Below are positions 37,058-49,800 of a DNA stretch of 64,000 nucleotides, in pieces. Where the stretch lies: positions 62,001-126,000 of the forward strand of contig JAVKOQ020000072.1 in NCBI GenBank assembly GCA_031835245.2, given 5' to 3'. Under the pieces are notes generated by a model that worked only from the letters and a program-made list of their open reading frames with translations, had not been told where the DNA came from and made no database searches. A program made the translations under genes and the position numbers. Within the stretch, counting starts at the first letter, position 1. Each line of letters opens with the position of its first letter. Origin of the DNA: Balamuthia mandrillaris (Eukaryota).

Positions 37058-39333
37058 ATGGGAAGGAAAGGCAATCGCTCCCTCAACCCCACCGATGCCT
37101 ATCGCAAGCAACAGCGTAAGAGAGAACTGGCCAAGGTATCATCACACAAAAAAAAAAAACACACTTTTTCCACTCCACACTTTAAAACTTAAAAAATACA
37201 CGCAGAACAAGCAACAGCGACAGAAAAAGAGAGAAGAGATTCTTCTGAAGCAAGATCCTGCCTCCATCCGTGAACAAATACGACACATCGAAGCCATTGG
37301 TACCGCATAAAATGTTCTTCCCCTTCTTCTTCGGTCAACAAACCAATTAGTAACACTTTTTGGCACACACATCAGAAAAAACGGGAAAATGCGACAAAAA
37401 GAATTTGGCCAAGAAGAAGCATTTGGAGGAGGTTCTTGCTCAACTGCTAGAAAAACATCCTGAAAGCAACACTGCTGCAAAAGAGTAGGCCCTTGCTCCT
37501 CCTTCTTTGTTTGTCTCCCTTTTTCATTTACGCTTCTTTTGTCTCCGCTCTCCTCACTCTTCTCCCTCTCCTCCTTCTTCTCTCCTTCCTCTCGCAACAA
37601 ACAGCTCTTCTTCACAAAAATCCAAAACGGCGTCTCATCCTCAAACATCGGCCTCGTATCCTTATGGTGCTGCCATGCCAGGCGCTTATCCTTATCCACA
37701 TGTTCATAACCCTTATGCTCCGCCGTTCCCACCAGGTGCTCCTTTCTTTCTTTCTTTCTTTCCCTTTGCTTTCGCGAGAGAGAGACGATGATGGGTCATC
37801 CTTACACAGAAGCGCAACGAGTCAGAGAAAGATAGTGTTTGTTTCCCTTTCTATGGCAACTTTTTGTGCGTCAGCCACTGAAAGGCAGTGTAAACAGAAC
37901 CATCTTTTTCTTGCTCCTGCATGAAGACAAAACTGGGGGAGGACCATCAGTCCTCGCTGAGTCTCTTTTTATTCGCCTCTCTACTCTCCTCTTCTCCTTC
38001 TCTCTATTACTAACTTCGTGGCTAGGAGTAGGTCACCCGCCCCAAATGGGCTACGGTGCTCCACACCAAGTAGGCTATGGAGCAGCGGGCATGGCACAAA
38101 TGCCGGGGCCTTACCTCCAACAACAGTCTTATCCCTATCCTTATCAGCATCAGCAGCCTTCCTCTTATCCTCCTCCTCCTCCAGGACTTTTAGCGATGCC
38201 ATATCCACATCAACGTCAACCTTCTATTCCTCCACAGCCGATGTCTCAACCTTCTCCACTTGTCACAACAACTGAGAACGAACGTAGGTCTTATTTCGAT
38301 GCTTTCATTTCTCTTTCTTCACTCTTGCTCTCCATCAAGTTGTGATATTTGCTCATCTAACACATTGAATGACTATATAGAGTTGACGACGGAGCAATCA
38401 CAGATAGAAGACAAGCAAGGACCCGGCCAAGGTGACGCCCACGGAAAAAAGGACCACAAGGAAGAAGCAGAAGAAGAAGAGGAAGAGACAAAACCAGAAA
38501 ATGAAGCAACGGATGATGGAGTAGAGAACGAAGATAAAGAAAACGACCAGGAAGCTAAAGATTTAGATAACAAAGAACAATGCGAGATAGAGACAGAAAA
38601 AGAGGACAGAGACGATGAAATACCAGGCCCTCCTCCCACCGAACCTCCGCCACAACCTCCAGGCCCTCCCCCTCCGAAGACTGCCCTTCATCAGCAACAT
38701 CCTCTTTCTCATCCCTCCGCCCTTGTTCATCCTCATCCTTCTCTCTCCATTCCCCCGCCTTATCACTACCGACAGCAGCAACAACAACCAATATACCCCC
38801 CTCCCTTTCCCCATCATCCTCCTCCTTCTGGTCCAGGTATGATGATGCATCCTCCTCCTTATCATGCGTTTACTCCATCTTCGTCCACTCCCTCTCGTCC
38901 GCCACCACAACCACAACCCTTACCAAGTCAACAAGAACTTATGTCCGCTCCTGCTATCGGACCCTATCCCCCTCCTCCACCATCTTCATCTTCTTCTGCT
39001 TCCAGTGCACCTGCACATATTGAACTTTCATCAGAGGTCACATCGTTGATACCAGCTGCTTTACGGTTGAAACGCCCTTCAGCCACCACCTCCGCAGTTG
39101 CTGCGAGAAGGCCCACAACGAGCTCATCCACCTCCACAACAGTAACATCTGCCCCCTCTTTTCTCACCACCAAAAAGAGAAAAAAGGAGCATCCAAAACA
39201 AACCTCTCCTTCTTCTACTTCCACAGCCCCCGCCAAAACGACAAGCAAGAACGAAGGGGATACCGCCTACGCCCTTTTCATGCGTAACATGCAAGACCTT
39301 GGTGCCATCCCAAAATCCTCCTCCTCTAAATAA
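37058..39333 (+). CDS. WBP11: WW-domain-binding protein 11 (splicing factor); multi-exon
   Basis: MGRKGNRSLNPTDAYRKQQRKRELAK|NKQQRQKKRE; Pro-rich middle; SLIPAALRLKR; C-terminal DTAYALFMRNMQDL. Confidence 0.88.
37781..37966 (+). ncRNA. Intronic box C/D snoRNA, predicted guide for U6 snRNA 2'-O-methylation (human A70 equivalent)
   Basis: Terminal stem AGAGAC/GTCTCT; C box ATGATGG 37788-94; D' CAGA 37807-10; C' ATGAAGA 37921-27; D CTGA 37957-60. Guide GTCATCCTT (37795-803) is complementary to U6 AAGGAUGAC. Ends about 47 nt upstream of the TACTAAC branch point. Confidence 0.8.
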
Positions 39334-39997
39334 ATGTAACTGTGGTGGGTTCCTTCTCTCTTCATTCTTCTTGTTCTTCTCCCTTCCTCAATCTGTTTTA
39401 TGTGGACATGCCTCAGTCCCATAAAGACAAAGCGGGGAGGCTAGAAAGGTCTTTAAAGAAGGCCAAGACGATACAAGCAATATTCAGCCTGGTGCGGCAA
39501 CCTTAGCCGTCCCGTCTACTCTGGTGCAAACGCACTAACATGGTATGTTAGAAACGACATCCGGGTTTGATAGTGGTCAGAATCCACTCCAGGCTTTTTC
39601 TTTTATCCTTCATCCCTCTTTTCTGCTTTTTTCGACCTTGGTCTTTTTTTTTGTTTCTCCTGGCTTGATAAAGCGTTGTGCTTTGTGCGCTGCAAGGACA
39701 GGGAACGTAGGAAAAAACATCAGTGTTGATGCCGCTGGTGGCTGGTGTTGGTGAGATGCAGGAGCTGGGAACATTCTTCTTCGCTGAAACTTCTTCACCA
39801 AACGTGGGAACAAAAATTTTTCTTCGCATAAGAAACGAAACGGAATGGAACAAGAACGGAACGAGAACGCGAAGAATGGTTTCGTCTTCTTCCGCCTGCT
39901 GGCCAGCCACTTCTTCTTTCGCGGAAGAAGCTGCGTTACCGCTATAAATAAGATGAGCGAGTTCTTGGGCTGAACATTCCACAACAACAACAGCACA

Positions 39998-41317
39998 ATG
40001 CAAACGACTAGCTCTTCACAAAGGCGAGGCACCGATGTCTCTCATGACCGATGCCCCTTTGACCCGGAGACCCTTCGCTCCGGCCACTTGGCGCTTGACT
40101 GGCCTTTGGAGGAATGCACTTTCATGGAAGTGAGGGACAGCTACAGCTTCAGCCCTTTTCTCGCCTACTTCCATGCCGAGTGCCGCCCCGACCTGGAAGG
40201 CGAAGGCGAAGGAGAATCCGCCGAGCAACCAAGCCAGAGCTGGGCTCACTCCTCTTCTTCTTCTTCCCGTTCCTCCTCCACTCACCTCGTTTTGGGGTTG
40301 GGTCTGCACAAGGTATGGTGGATCGAACGTCAACTTCCTCTGCGGGTTCTCCTTCAGGCCATCGGAGAACCTGGCGGCTTCTCCTCCATGCAACGGATGA
40401 ACACCATGGTGGTCTTTGTTCGCGGCCGCCAGGCAGAGCACCGCCAGCTCCTGGATGAGCTCTGCCAGGAGGTCAAAGCCTGGCAGGAGCGCACCACCGC
40501 GGAGAACACCTTCAACCTCTACAGCTTCAGCCCCAGTTGCAACTGCTGGAACCACAAGGGCTGCAAGCGAGGTCGCCCTTTCGAGACCGTCATCCTTCCG
40601 GAGAAGGTCAAGCAGAGGGTGCAGCAGGACCTGGAGGACTTCTTCGCGGAGGAGACGTTGGGCTGGTACACCGACAAAGGCATCACCTACAAACGGTCTT
40701 ACCTGCTGTACGGTCGTCCCGGCACGGGCAAGAGCTCCCTCATCCAGGCCATCGCCACCGCCAAGAAGCGCAACGTTTGCTTCGTCCAGCTCTCTCACCC
40801 CGAGCTGACGGACGACGGCCTGATGCAGGCCATGAGCTCCGCCCCTGACAGGGCGTTGATCGTTCTGGAGGACGTGGATGCCTTGTTCGGGGAGGGCCGG
40901 CAGAGGAAGGAGGGCTCCTCCTGTCCCTTGTCCTTCAGCGGGGTGCTGAACGCCTTGGACGGGGTGAGCAACACGGATGGGCAGCTGTTCATCCTGACCA
41001 CCAACCACGTGGAGCGGTTGGACCCCGCCCTCATTCGCTGCGGGCGAGTGGACGTGAAGATCCCCTTCTCTTGGGCCACGGTGGAGCAGGTTCGCGACAT
41101 GTTCTTGCACTTTTATCCTGGGGAGGAGGAGCAGGCCCAGCGCTTTGTGGAGAAGAGCTTGAAGATGTTTGGGGAGCCCAAGGAGAGGGATGAGGGGGCC
41201 TTGGAGGAGTGCAAGTACGTGCAGGTCACCACGGCCACCTTGCAGCAACACTTTATTCATTGCAGGAAGGCTTCCGCTGCAGAGGCTGTGGAGATGGTGT
41301 CCTTTGAGTTGCTGTAA
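39998..41317 (+). CDS. BCS1-like AAA+ ATPase, intronless
   Basis: YKRSYLLYGRPGTGKSS (Walker A), LIVLEDVD (Walker B), LSFSGVLNALDGV, LTTNHVERLDPALIRCGRVD. Confidence 0.9.
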   Translation: MQTTSSSQRRGTDVSHDRCPFDPETLRSGHLALDWPLEECTFMEVRDSYSFSPFLAYFHAECRPDLEGEGEGESAEQPSQSWAHSSSSSSRSSSTHLVLGLGLHKVWWIERQLPLRVLLQAIGEPGGFSSMQRMNTMVVFVRGRQAEHRQLLDELCQEVKAWQERTTAENTFNLYSFSPSCNCWNHKGCKRGRPFETVILPEKVKQRVQQDLEDFFAEETLGWYTDKGITYKRSYLLYGRPGTGKSSLIQAIATAKKRNVCFVQLSHPELTDDGLMQAMSSAPDRALIVLEDVDALFGEGRQRKEGSSCPLSFSGVLNALDGVSNTDGQLFILTTNHVERLDPALIRCGRVDVKIPFSWATVEQVRDMFLHFYPGEEEQAQRFVEKSLKMFGEPKERDEGALEECKYVQVTTATLQQHFIHCRKASAAEAVEMVSFELL

Positions 41318-41640
41318 TGTTGCACGTGAATAATTTTTAATAAAGAAAGTGTACGCATAGAGTATTGGCGCAAAGTTGACTTGGTCTTTATCCCACACGT
41401 TCTGCTGCCCTCATGCATGTGGCTTGTCTCTTCCGTTTTGCTACTCCTCCCACAAGAACGTCCTCTCCAGTCCAAAACTCTCCTCCTCCAAAACCTTTCT
41501 CTTGTTCTCTTTCTTCCTTTTGTTGGACCTGGACATAGGTTTTTTTTGTTTTTTGCGTTTATTCGACAGAGAGAGGCAGCAATTTGGAAATGTGTGAAGG
41601 AGAGAAGAGTCCCGAGAGCTTTTTCTTCCCTTGAGCAGTT

Positions 41641-42555
41641 TTAGTTCATCTTGCGCACCAAAGAGTTGATGTATTCCTCCCTGTTTCCGGCATCTCCGCC
41701 CTCCACAAAGTGAGTAAGCTTGTGGGTAAAGCCGCCGCGGGGGTTGTTCAACTTGAAGGGCCACAAGAACTTGTTGGCCTGCTTGAAGTGGGGACCCACG
41801 GTGTAGATCTCGTGGATGAGATCCTCCATGCACACAATTCCGTGTTTGCCGAGCTTCTCCTCAATGACGGCGTTGGATGTGATGGGGAGGCGCTGCTTGT
41901 TGATCTTGGCAAAACCGCGCTTGTAGATCAACTCACGAACGGTCTTAAGGTTGGGGTAACTGTGCACAGAAACAAAAGTTGTTAGGAGCGAGGAAAAACA
42001 AGGGGGAAAGAGCAGAAGAATAAGAGGGAAGAAGAGGAGAAATTAGCAGGGATAACCCACCCATAACTGACGTAGGGCTCAATGCGGCGGAGCATGTTGA
42101 TGGTGGCCTGGTTGAGGCGCACAAAAGTGGCATTGTTGATCTGCCTAAGACGCAACAACTGCAAAATCTTCTTGCTCTTGGGGTCAACCTGGTTAATACC
42201 ACGGATGCGAATAACAAGGGCCAACTTCGCATCGGGCTCCTTGAAGAAGTAACCAGCCTCCTTGGCGGTTCTGCGAGCACGGACGAGCTCCCTCTCGGCG
42301 GCCCTGTATTCCTTCACATACTTCTCAGCCTTCTTGAAGATCACTCGGCGCTTCTGCTTTTGGACCTAAAGTCGGAGAAAAATTTGAATATGATATAACC
42401 AGCAAAAGGAGAGCAACGCAATCAAAATCTTGGTGCCACAAAGATCATACCTTGGCGGCGGCGGCCTTTTGGCGCTCCCTGCGAGCACGGAGCTTCTCTT
42501 GGTAGGCCTTCTTCTTAAGAAGGGTCTCGGGGACGGGAACGGCTGCCTGTGACAT
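41641..42555 (-). CDS. RPL7: 60S ribosomal protein L7 (uL30), 3 exons
   Basis: [77 protein letters not shown]. Confidence 0.98.
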
Positions 42556-42722
42556 CTTACTCCTCTCTCTCTGTGGGAATGGCCTGCCCTGTTGCTGCTG
42601 AGGTAAACTAGGAAAAAAAAAAAAAGAGGAACGCGCGGAGCAGAGAGAAGGCGAAGGATGAGGATGCGGGAATACGCTGGCCTGCTGACATAAGCCAAAA
42701 AACCCTCGTTCATTTTGATTTT

Positions 42723-42765
42723 GTCGACGGATTCCGCGTCGACGTTAAACATGTACCGTGTCGAC
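42723..42765. promoter_or_regulatory. Three GTCGAC motifs between RPL7 and MED13
   Basis: GTCGAC at 42723, 42738 and 42760. Confidence 0.55.
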
Positions 42766-43281
42766 ATGATGTCTGTGAACGCAATGCTCCTCGTTTCGCC
42801 AACTGACAAAAAAACAACGACGACGAGAGGGAACCAAGAAAGAGGGAGGAAACCCCATTTTTTTTTTCTTTTCCCAACCTCCTCTTTCTGCTGTGTGTGT
42901 TTTTGAAAATCACAAGGTGGTGAGGTACCTTTCCTTTCTTCCATTTTTCATTGTTGTCGGGCTTTCACCTGATTCTTTGGTTATGAACTTAACCTCGTTT
43001 TTTTTTTTGGTCGATCATGCCCGTTTTTTTTTTTCGTCATCGTCGAAATAATGAAAGGAACTCCCCCCACCACCACCACCACGGTTTTACCTACTTTTTT
43101 TTGTCCCTTTCAGTTCTTTGTGTGATTGATGGCGAGCTGAGACGTGAAACACTCAGTGCAGCGGGGGAGGAAGAGCGCCAAAGTACAGTTTCAACAAACC
43201 CAACCAACGAACCAACGAACCAACAAACAATCAAACTTGCAAAACAACGTCTCTTAGGAGTAAAGAACAAAAAATAAGAGG

Positions 43282-43336
43282 ATGACAACCGTTCTCTCCA
43301 ACATCTTTCACTTGGTTTGTTTCTCTTCTCTCGCGT

Positions 43337-43377
<41 letters not shown>

Positions 43378-43807
43378 CGTTGCTCTCTGTCATTCTCTCT
43401 CTCTGTCTATTTTGTTATGTACTAACTTAATCTGATGTACACAGCGAGGACTCACAGAGCTAACGTGGCGGGTCTATGCTCCTCACCGGCCGAAAGAACC
43501 ACAACAAGTTCATGCAGGAGGGAGCTCCTCCTTTGCCTTTCCGCCTCCCTCCTGCTCCTCCTTCGCCACTGATTGGAAGGCGCTTGTCGCTGCTTTCGAT
43601 GCTTTGCGAGAGGCAGCTGTCCTGTGCTCGTTGTCCTCCTCCTCTGAGCTTTGGGTATTTGGCCCAAACGCTGTTAGCAACAACGTACTTCAACGAACCT
43701 ATCCCACTCTGTCAGGTACTCTTCTTATCTCATCTGTTCTCACGTTATTCTATGCTCTGTTTTCTCGTCTCTTCTCTCATGTTTTCTCTTTTCTGCTCTT
43801 TTGTCAT

Positions 43808-43838
<31 letters not shown>

Positions 43839-46800
43839 GCTCTGCTATCCTTTATTACAAACATTTCAGATGTAGCAAGTGGCGTTTGGCGAGTGCGAGC
43901 GACAGAACTTTCAAGTGAGAGTGAAGAGAAAATGGCAGCTGCCTCGCGACAACTTTTTCTTGCATTACATATACGATTGGAAAGGTATTATCTCCTTCTC
44001 CGTCCCCTTCTCCTTCTCCTCCTGGTAAGATCTAAGCGGAGCCTATAAATACCAGCACCCTCAGTCAACATTTATTTACGAAAGTTGGGTCAACGTTTGT
44101 ATGTCCTGCATACATCCAACTTGGCTTTCCGTCGTCGACAGAGCCCAACTATCTTTATACTGCTTCATCTACTTCTCCTGCCTCATCTTCTTCAACCACA
44201 AATGTTTCTTCTGCTGACCCAACCTTTCCGTCTGCTTTTGATAAGATACGGTGCGATTCTCAATCTTTTTTGCTCTCATTACAAAATGTGTTCTTTATAC
44301 TGAGGACAAATGATAACAGACCACTTTCCTGCTCGTTCGTCTTTTTCGTGAGTGAAGGCGTACTCTATTTCCACGTCTTTGTACAAAAGCATAAGAACTG
44401 GAAAACCATCACCCGCCGCCACAACCTTTTGATGCAAAGAACGAAAACCTCTTCTGCAACCAACAGCCATTTTCACGATCCTTACTCATTCTATTTGCCT
44501 CAACGTAATTATCATTTCGACCTCATGCAAGGCCAAACGCTGACTCCATGTATCCTTCACTCACCTGCTTCTTCCGTGCTGCGCACTTCTGCGACAGGTT
44601 CATTCATTCCTCTACACTGGGTACGCCCCTTGCGGCCGTTTTCTACTTCTTCCCTTTCATCCTCTCGATCTTCTTGTTCCTCTCCTGCGGCGTTGGACAC
44701 AGCTATTCGACAGTTGTTGGACCTCCAACCTCATCACCCTCAGCATCGCCTTTATCGTCGAGCAACAACAAGAACTTCAACTCGAAGCCGAAAAGACAAA
44801 GCAAAAGAAACAGAAAAAGGAGTTCAATTATCCTCCAAACAAAAGAAACCAAAACCGACTGGCAACGATCCTCTGCCTTGGAAGCTTTTACGGAAGCATA
44901 TAGCCGCATCGTTGGCACTAGGCAGTGCAAGTGGTGCTGGTGGCAGCGGTGGTTCTGGCACCTCTTCTCGCAGCCCATTTCCCTCTCCTATGATTCCCTC
45001 TCCCTCTCCCCACACATTTGTGTCAAACAGTCCAGCACAGCCCTCTCCCTCCTCTCCTTACTTTACGAATGCAGCCAGCTCTCCCTCTCCAGCTCCTTCT
45101 CCTGCCACTTTCGTGCCTGCGGCTTCGCCTATCCAAGTTCAAGATTCTTCTTCCACAGGAGCGGAACAACAGCAACAACAAAACTCTTTGCAGGAGAATC
45201 ATTCCTCTTCTCTTAAACGAAAGTTAAATGAGGAAGGATCGTCGTCGCTTGATGCCGCTGCTAGTGAATCATCACCAACAGTGACAGCTGAAGGCACTAC
45301 TAACCTCGCAAGTGCACTAGAAGAACGGCCCACCAAGCGACTTCGTGAAGATGAGACTCCCCAAGGTTTCTTTTCTATTTCCTCTCGCTTCCTCTCTCTT
45401 ATTTACCCAACCTTTTCTTTTGTTATGTTCTCTTCATGAAGCACAAAACCAAACGACCAACAACACTGCATCAGTTGTTGACGATATTTTTGGAAGTGAT
45501 GGACTTGGTCTTGACGAAGATGACCTTCTCGATAGTTCCATTACTGAAGACATCAACTTTGATGGCTTCTTACAAACTCTTTCCAGCGAGGTTTCATTCC
45601 CCCTTTTTTTTTTTTTTTTTTTTAAATGTCTCAACTCACAATCCTTTTAGAAAAAAAAGAAGGAAGAAGCGAAACGCCAAAAAGAAGAGCAGGGCGTGGA
45701 TCTCTCTGGTGCAAGTCCCGGTCACATCGACCTGTCTGAGTCTGGCCCAGCGTCATCTCCTTTCATTGCCAACCATTCAAACTTAAAGTTCGAACCCGAC
45801 GATGCTATCTCTGGTTATTCTTCTTCTTCTTCTTCTTTATCTTCTTCTATATCCACAACTACAGCTTCTGTGTCCTCTCATACGATGGGAATTCATTCTC
45901 CCATAGCCACCGCAACAGACCAACAAGAAGCAACCCAACTAGAAGGAGATGCCGGGGCAATGTCAATGCCCATACCTTCATTTTCTTCCTCTTCCTCCTC
46001 CACTTCATCATCTTCCTCTTCTGCTTTGACGCATAGTGACTTCACAAATGCGATGGTGGTGAGTGGAGAGGGAGGAGGAGATCATAATTACAACGCTGTA
46101 GATGAATTGTGGGAGAGCTTGACCTATTTGCCACAACAATCACAACTGTTGCCCTACTCCTCTTATGCCTTTTCTTCTTCTGTTACTTCTTCGTCGGCCC
46201 AATTTTCTTCCTTTTACCCCAATTACTTTTCCTATTCTTCCTCTTCATCTGCTCCATCTAATGCTGCTTCTTCCTCTTATCTCCATGTCTGCCCACCTTT
46301 ATACAAACCATTACCACAAACCACCTCCACACTCGACCCCGCTTCTGTTCTTCGGACCAGTCATCCTACACAACCTCAACTACAGTTGTATGGAGCCTTC
46401 TCTATGTTTCCCTCTTATACTTATTCCTCTTCTTCCACCACTTGGCCTGGTGCTGCCAAATCAGCAGAGGCTGCTGGTTGGCCTACAGCTAAACAACAAT
46501 TGATCCCCTTTGTTAACAAACCGCCCATAGCTCCGCCTACCTTCTATACCGCCAAGCCTAGACCGTGGCACCACTTCTTTCCATCGTCCAGTCAGCCATC
46601 CTCTTCTCCTTTATTGGCCTCAACCTCATCTTCCACCTCTTCATTGATACCCTCTCCTTTGCTTTCTTCTGTCCAACGCCATTCCTCCGTTACAACACCT
46701 GCTGATATTCATTTGCATCTTCTTCCTCCTCCTCCCCACAACTCTCCTGTACCATCTTCTTTCTCACCCTCGTCTCTGGTCCCCTTTAAAATGGAACGGC

Positions 46801-49800
46801 TGGCCTACAATCCTAAAGTCGCGTCCCTCACTCTTTCTACCGCCGTGCCATCAACTTCTCCTTTCCTTACTCCTTCGTCGTCATCCTCATCCTCATCATC
46901 TTCTGTACCCTCTCCTACTGTCTCACTTCCTCCGCCATCAATGCCAACCCAAAAAGCCTCCCCCACGTCATATCAATTCTCACTGAGTGAAAGAACTGCA
47001 CCACCACCATCTTCTTCATCGCTGTCACCTGTATCCCCCTCTTACGACGAACTCCAACTGGTTCAACAAAACTGCTGGGCACTCTGTTCGTTGTCGCCGC
47101 CCATTATCAAGCCCTATATGGCCCCTCCGTTTTGGCCGAACAAACTGCAACGGCATCACACCATTTCCTCTTTACACGAATATGATGTGTTGTCTGACAC
47201 AGCATATGACGAGGAAGAGGAAGACGCGCTAACAGACGAAGATGACGATAACGATGAATTGGAGGAAACCTCTGCTGCCAGTTTGGTACACACTTTATTT
47301 GCTCTGCGGCCTCTTCTTAGCCAAACCTTCTCTGAGTGGGCGGCTGCCGTGAACGGCCCTCTGACTTTAGAGCAATGGCAAGCCCAAGCTCCTATTGAGA
47401 GCAGGCTCTCTCCCACTCCCTCTGGCTGCTCTTACTTAGGACTAGTACGGCTGGATGTGCCGATGGTGCAGGTCGGTTATAAGGGAGAGTGGCTGCGGGT
47501 GCCGCCCGCCACGGCCATGCGGTGGTGGGAGAAGGGTCAGCTGGAGCCTTATGCTCCTCGCAAGGATGTGATCTACTATGTGCTTTGCCCGCAGCCTTCC
47601 TCCCCAGCAGGCGCTCTTACCGTCATTGATTTTTTTCGAGAACTTTCTTGTATATATGAGGTATACCTTTCATTCTTCTTGTTCTTCTTTCTTTCCTTCT
47701 TGTTCCTTCTCCTCCCCCTTCTCCTCCCCCTCTACTGCTTTGTAAATTCACTAATCAACTGCCATGGAAAATCAAAGACATGCAACTTGGGTCGACATCA
47801 GCCTCCAAACATCGCTGCAACCGCTTTTCCCAATGTATCAGCGCACGGAATGTGTTGGGTGCCTTGCGATCTTGGAGCTGCTTCTGTTTATCTCTCTTCT
47901 CGTATCAACAGTAATGATGTAGGTAGGTCACGACGACGAAAAACCTCTTCCCCTCGTGGTTACTCTTCTTCTTCTTCTTCAGAGGAAGGATTGGTGTCGG
48001 ACAGTGATAGCAGCAGTGACAGCAGTGAGGGCGAAGAGGAAGAAGAGGATGAAGAAGCCGATGAAGACAGTGAAACGAAAGTGAAGCAAGAAACAAAAGT
48101 TAAGCAGGATGGCGTTCCTTTATCAGATGTTGTCTCTTCCGAGACCAAAGCAAGAGCGAGCGGTGAGCAGGAAACTGCTGTACAATCATCACTGCTTCCG
48201 TCTTCCGTCAACGTTGCTGGGGAAGGTGCTCTTAAGACTTATGCTGATTTTTGTGACCGTCTTGGTATCTACCTCTTCCGTCCATTGCTCAACAGCTTTG
48301 GGCTTTTGTTCTTTTCTTATTTTATGTTTAATTTCTCTAAACGAAGGGGAGCACATTGCCGACTCTGCCGCCGATATGACCTTCAGCTCTCCGCAACCTG
48401 TGGGCAGAACTAGTGGCAGCAGCATCAGCGGATCTGCTGTGCAGTCTGCTGCAAGTACTTCTGCCAGTAGTAACCTCAGCGGTGCTTCATCATCCTCATC
48501 GTCAACCTCATCATCCGATGCAACTGGTGTACCGATAGCAAGTCTCATGAACACGTGCATTGTGGTTTATGCGGTCAATCCGTTCTGTTCTGACGCAGCT
48601 CTCTCTTCTTTCTTCACGCGGGCTCTTTCTGGAATTTTGAAACGCACTCAGAATCTGCCTCATGCGCCTGTTGTAGTGCAGGTTTGTTTCCTTGCGTCAT
48701 TTTAATTCTCTCCGCCTCTTGTTTCTTAACTTCTCGCTACAGGAAGTAAGCATGGAAGAAATAATCAGTTGTACCCAAGCGAAAGCTGCAACAACATCAC
48801 GCGCCTCAGCTTTGGCCTCCATGAAGGAACTAGCATTTGCTGTTTTCAATAAGTGCAGACGTCCGTCTGTACCCCGCCCTTTGAACTTTGCTGACATGGT
48901 CCGTTCTCTATTCATTGTTCTTCCTTCTCTTCAATCTCCCTTCTGCGTTTAACAAAAAAGTGGTTTATTAATTTTGTTATAACAGGATAAAGAACGTCTC
49001 TATGAGCCACTATTGGTGCTACCACCACCTCCGCCACAACAGGAAACTGTAGGAACTGACCAATTCCTTCACGTGGCCTACGTTTCCTGTGAAGCTGAAA
49101 AGAGATGCGCTGTGGCCATCACCGACCACAGAGGAGAGCTTCTCTCCACTCGTATCTTTTCCTGCGTTAGGGGTGAAGATGATGATGTCACCTTTCGTTT
49201 GTTCACTGACATTTGGACCTATTGCCTTGCTTTCCTGTAAGTTACTTTATCCCCTTCTTCCTTTGTCTTATGCTATCTATGCTTATTAACCTTTTCACAG
49301 ACGAGCATTGGCGCTCCCTTCATCGACAGGTTGGAGCATCGTGATAGCAACATTAGGTACTCTATCAGCGGACGACATGTACAGCTGGCAATCGGTGCTG
49401 AATCGGTGGCAAAACCAGCAGCCCGCAACATCAGACTTTTCTCAGGCCTCTTACTTATCTGAGCAAGACAAGGAGACTCGCATAGCAGAAAGTATGGTCC
49501 TTGCTGTGTCCTTGTTGGGACTCACCACCAATTCGGCCCTTCAACTTGCTGTTTGCCACAACTTCTCTTGTCGTATGCTACTTCTTTCCTCCTCTTTCTC
49601 CCTCCCTCCCTCTCTCGCCTCTCTCTCTCTCTCTCTCTCTCTCTATGCATTGCTGACAACAAACAACATGAAAGCTGAAGAAGGAGAACAAGCAGATCTG
49701 CAACAAGGGGTACCTTCCTTCCAGTCCCTACTGCAAGCCGCACGCAAGCAAATGATGACGGGCAGCGGAGAGAGCGCCCAACAGCCATCCTACTTTCTCT

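Noticed and set aside
40016..41398. 460-aa antisense ORF (similar cases at 57693-59228 and 127-1287)
   Set aside because: Shadow frames of GC3-biased genes on the opposite strand; no motifs.
43983..44083. CTGGTA/TACCAG hairpin followed by ACA in a MED13 intron (H/ACA candidate)
   Set aside because: Single weak stem, no H box or second hairpin.
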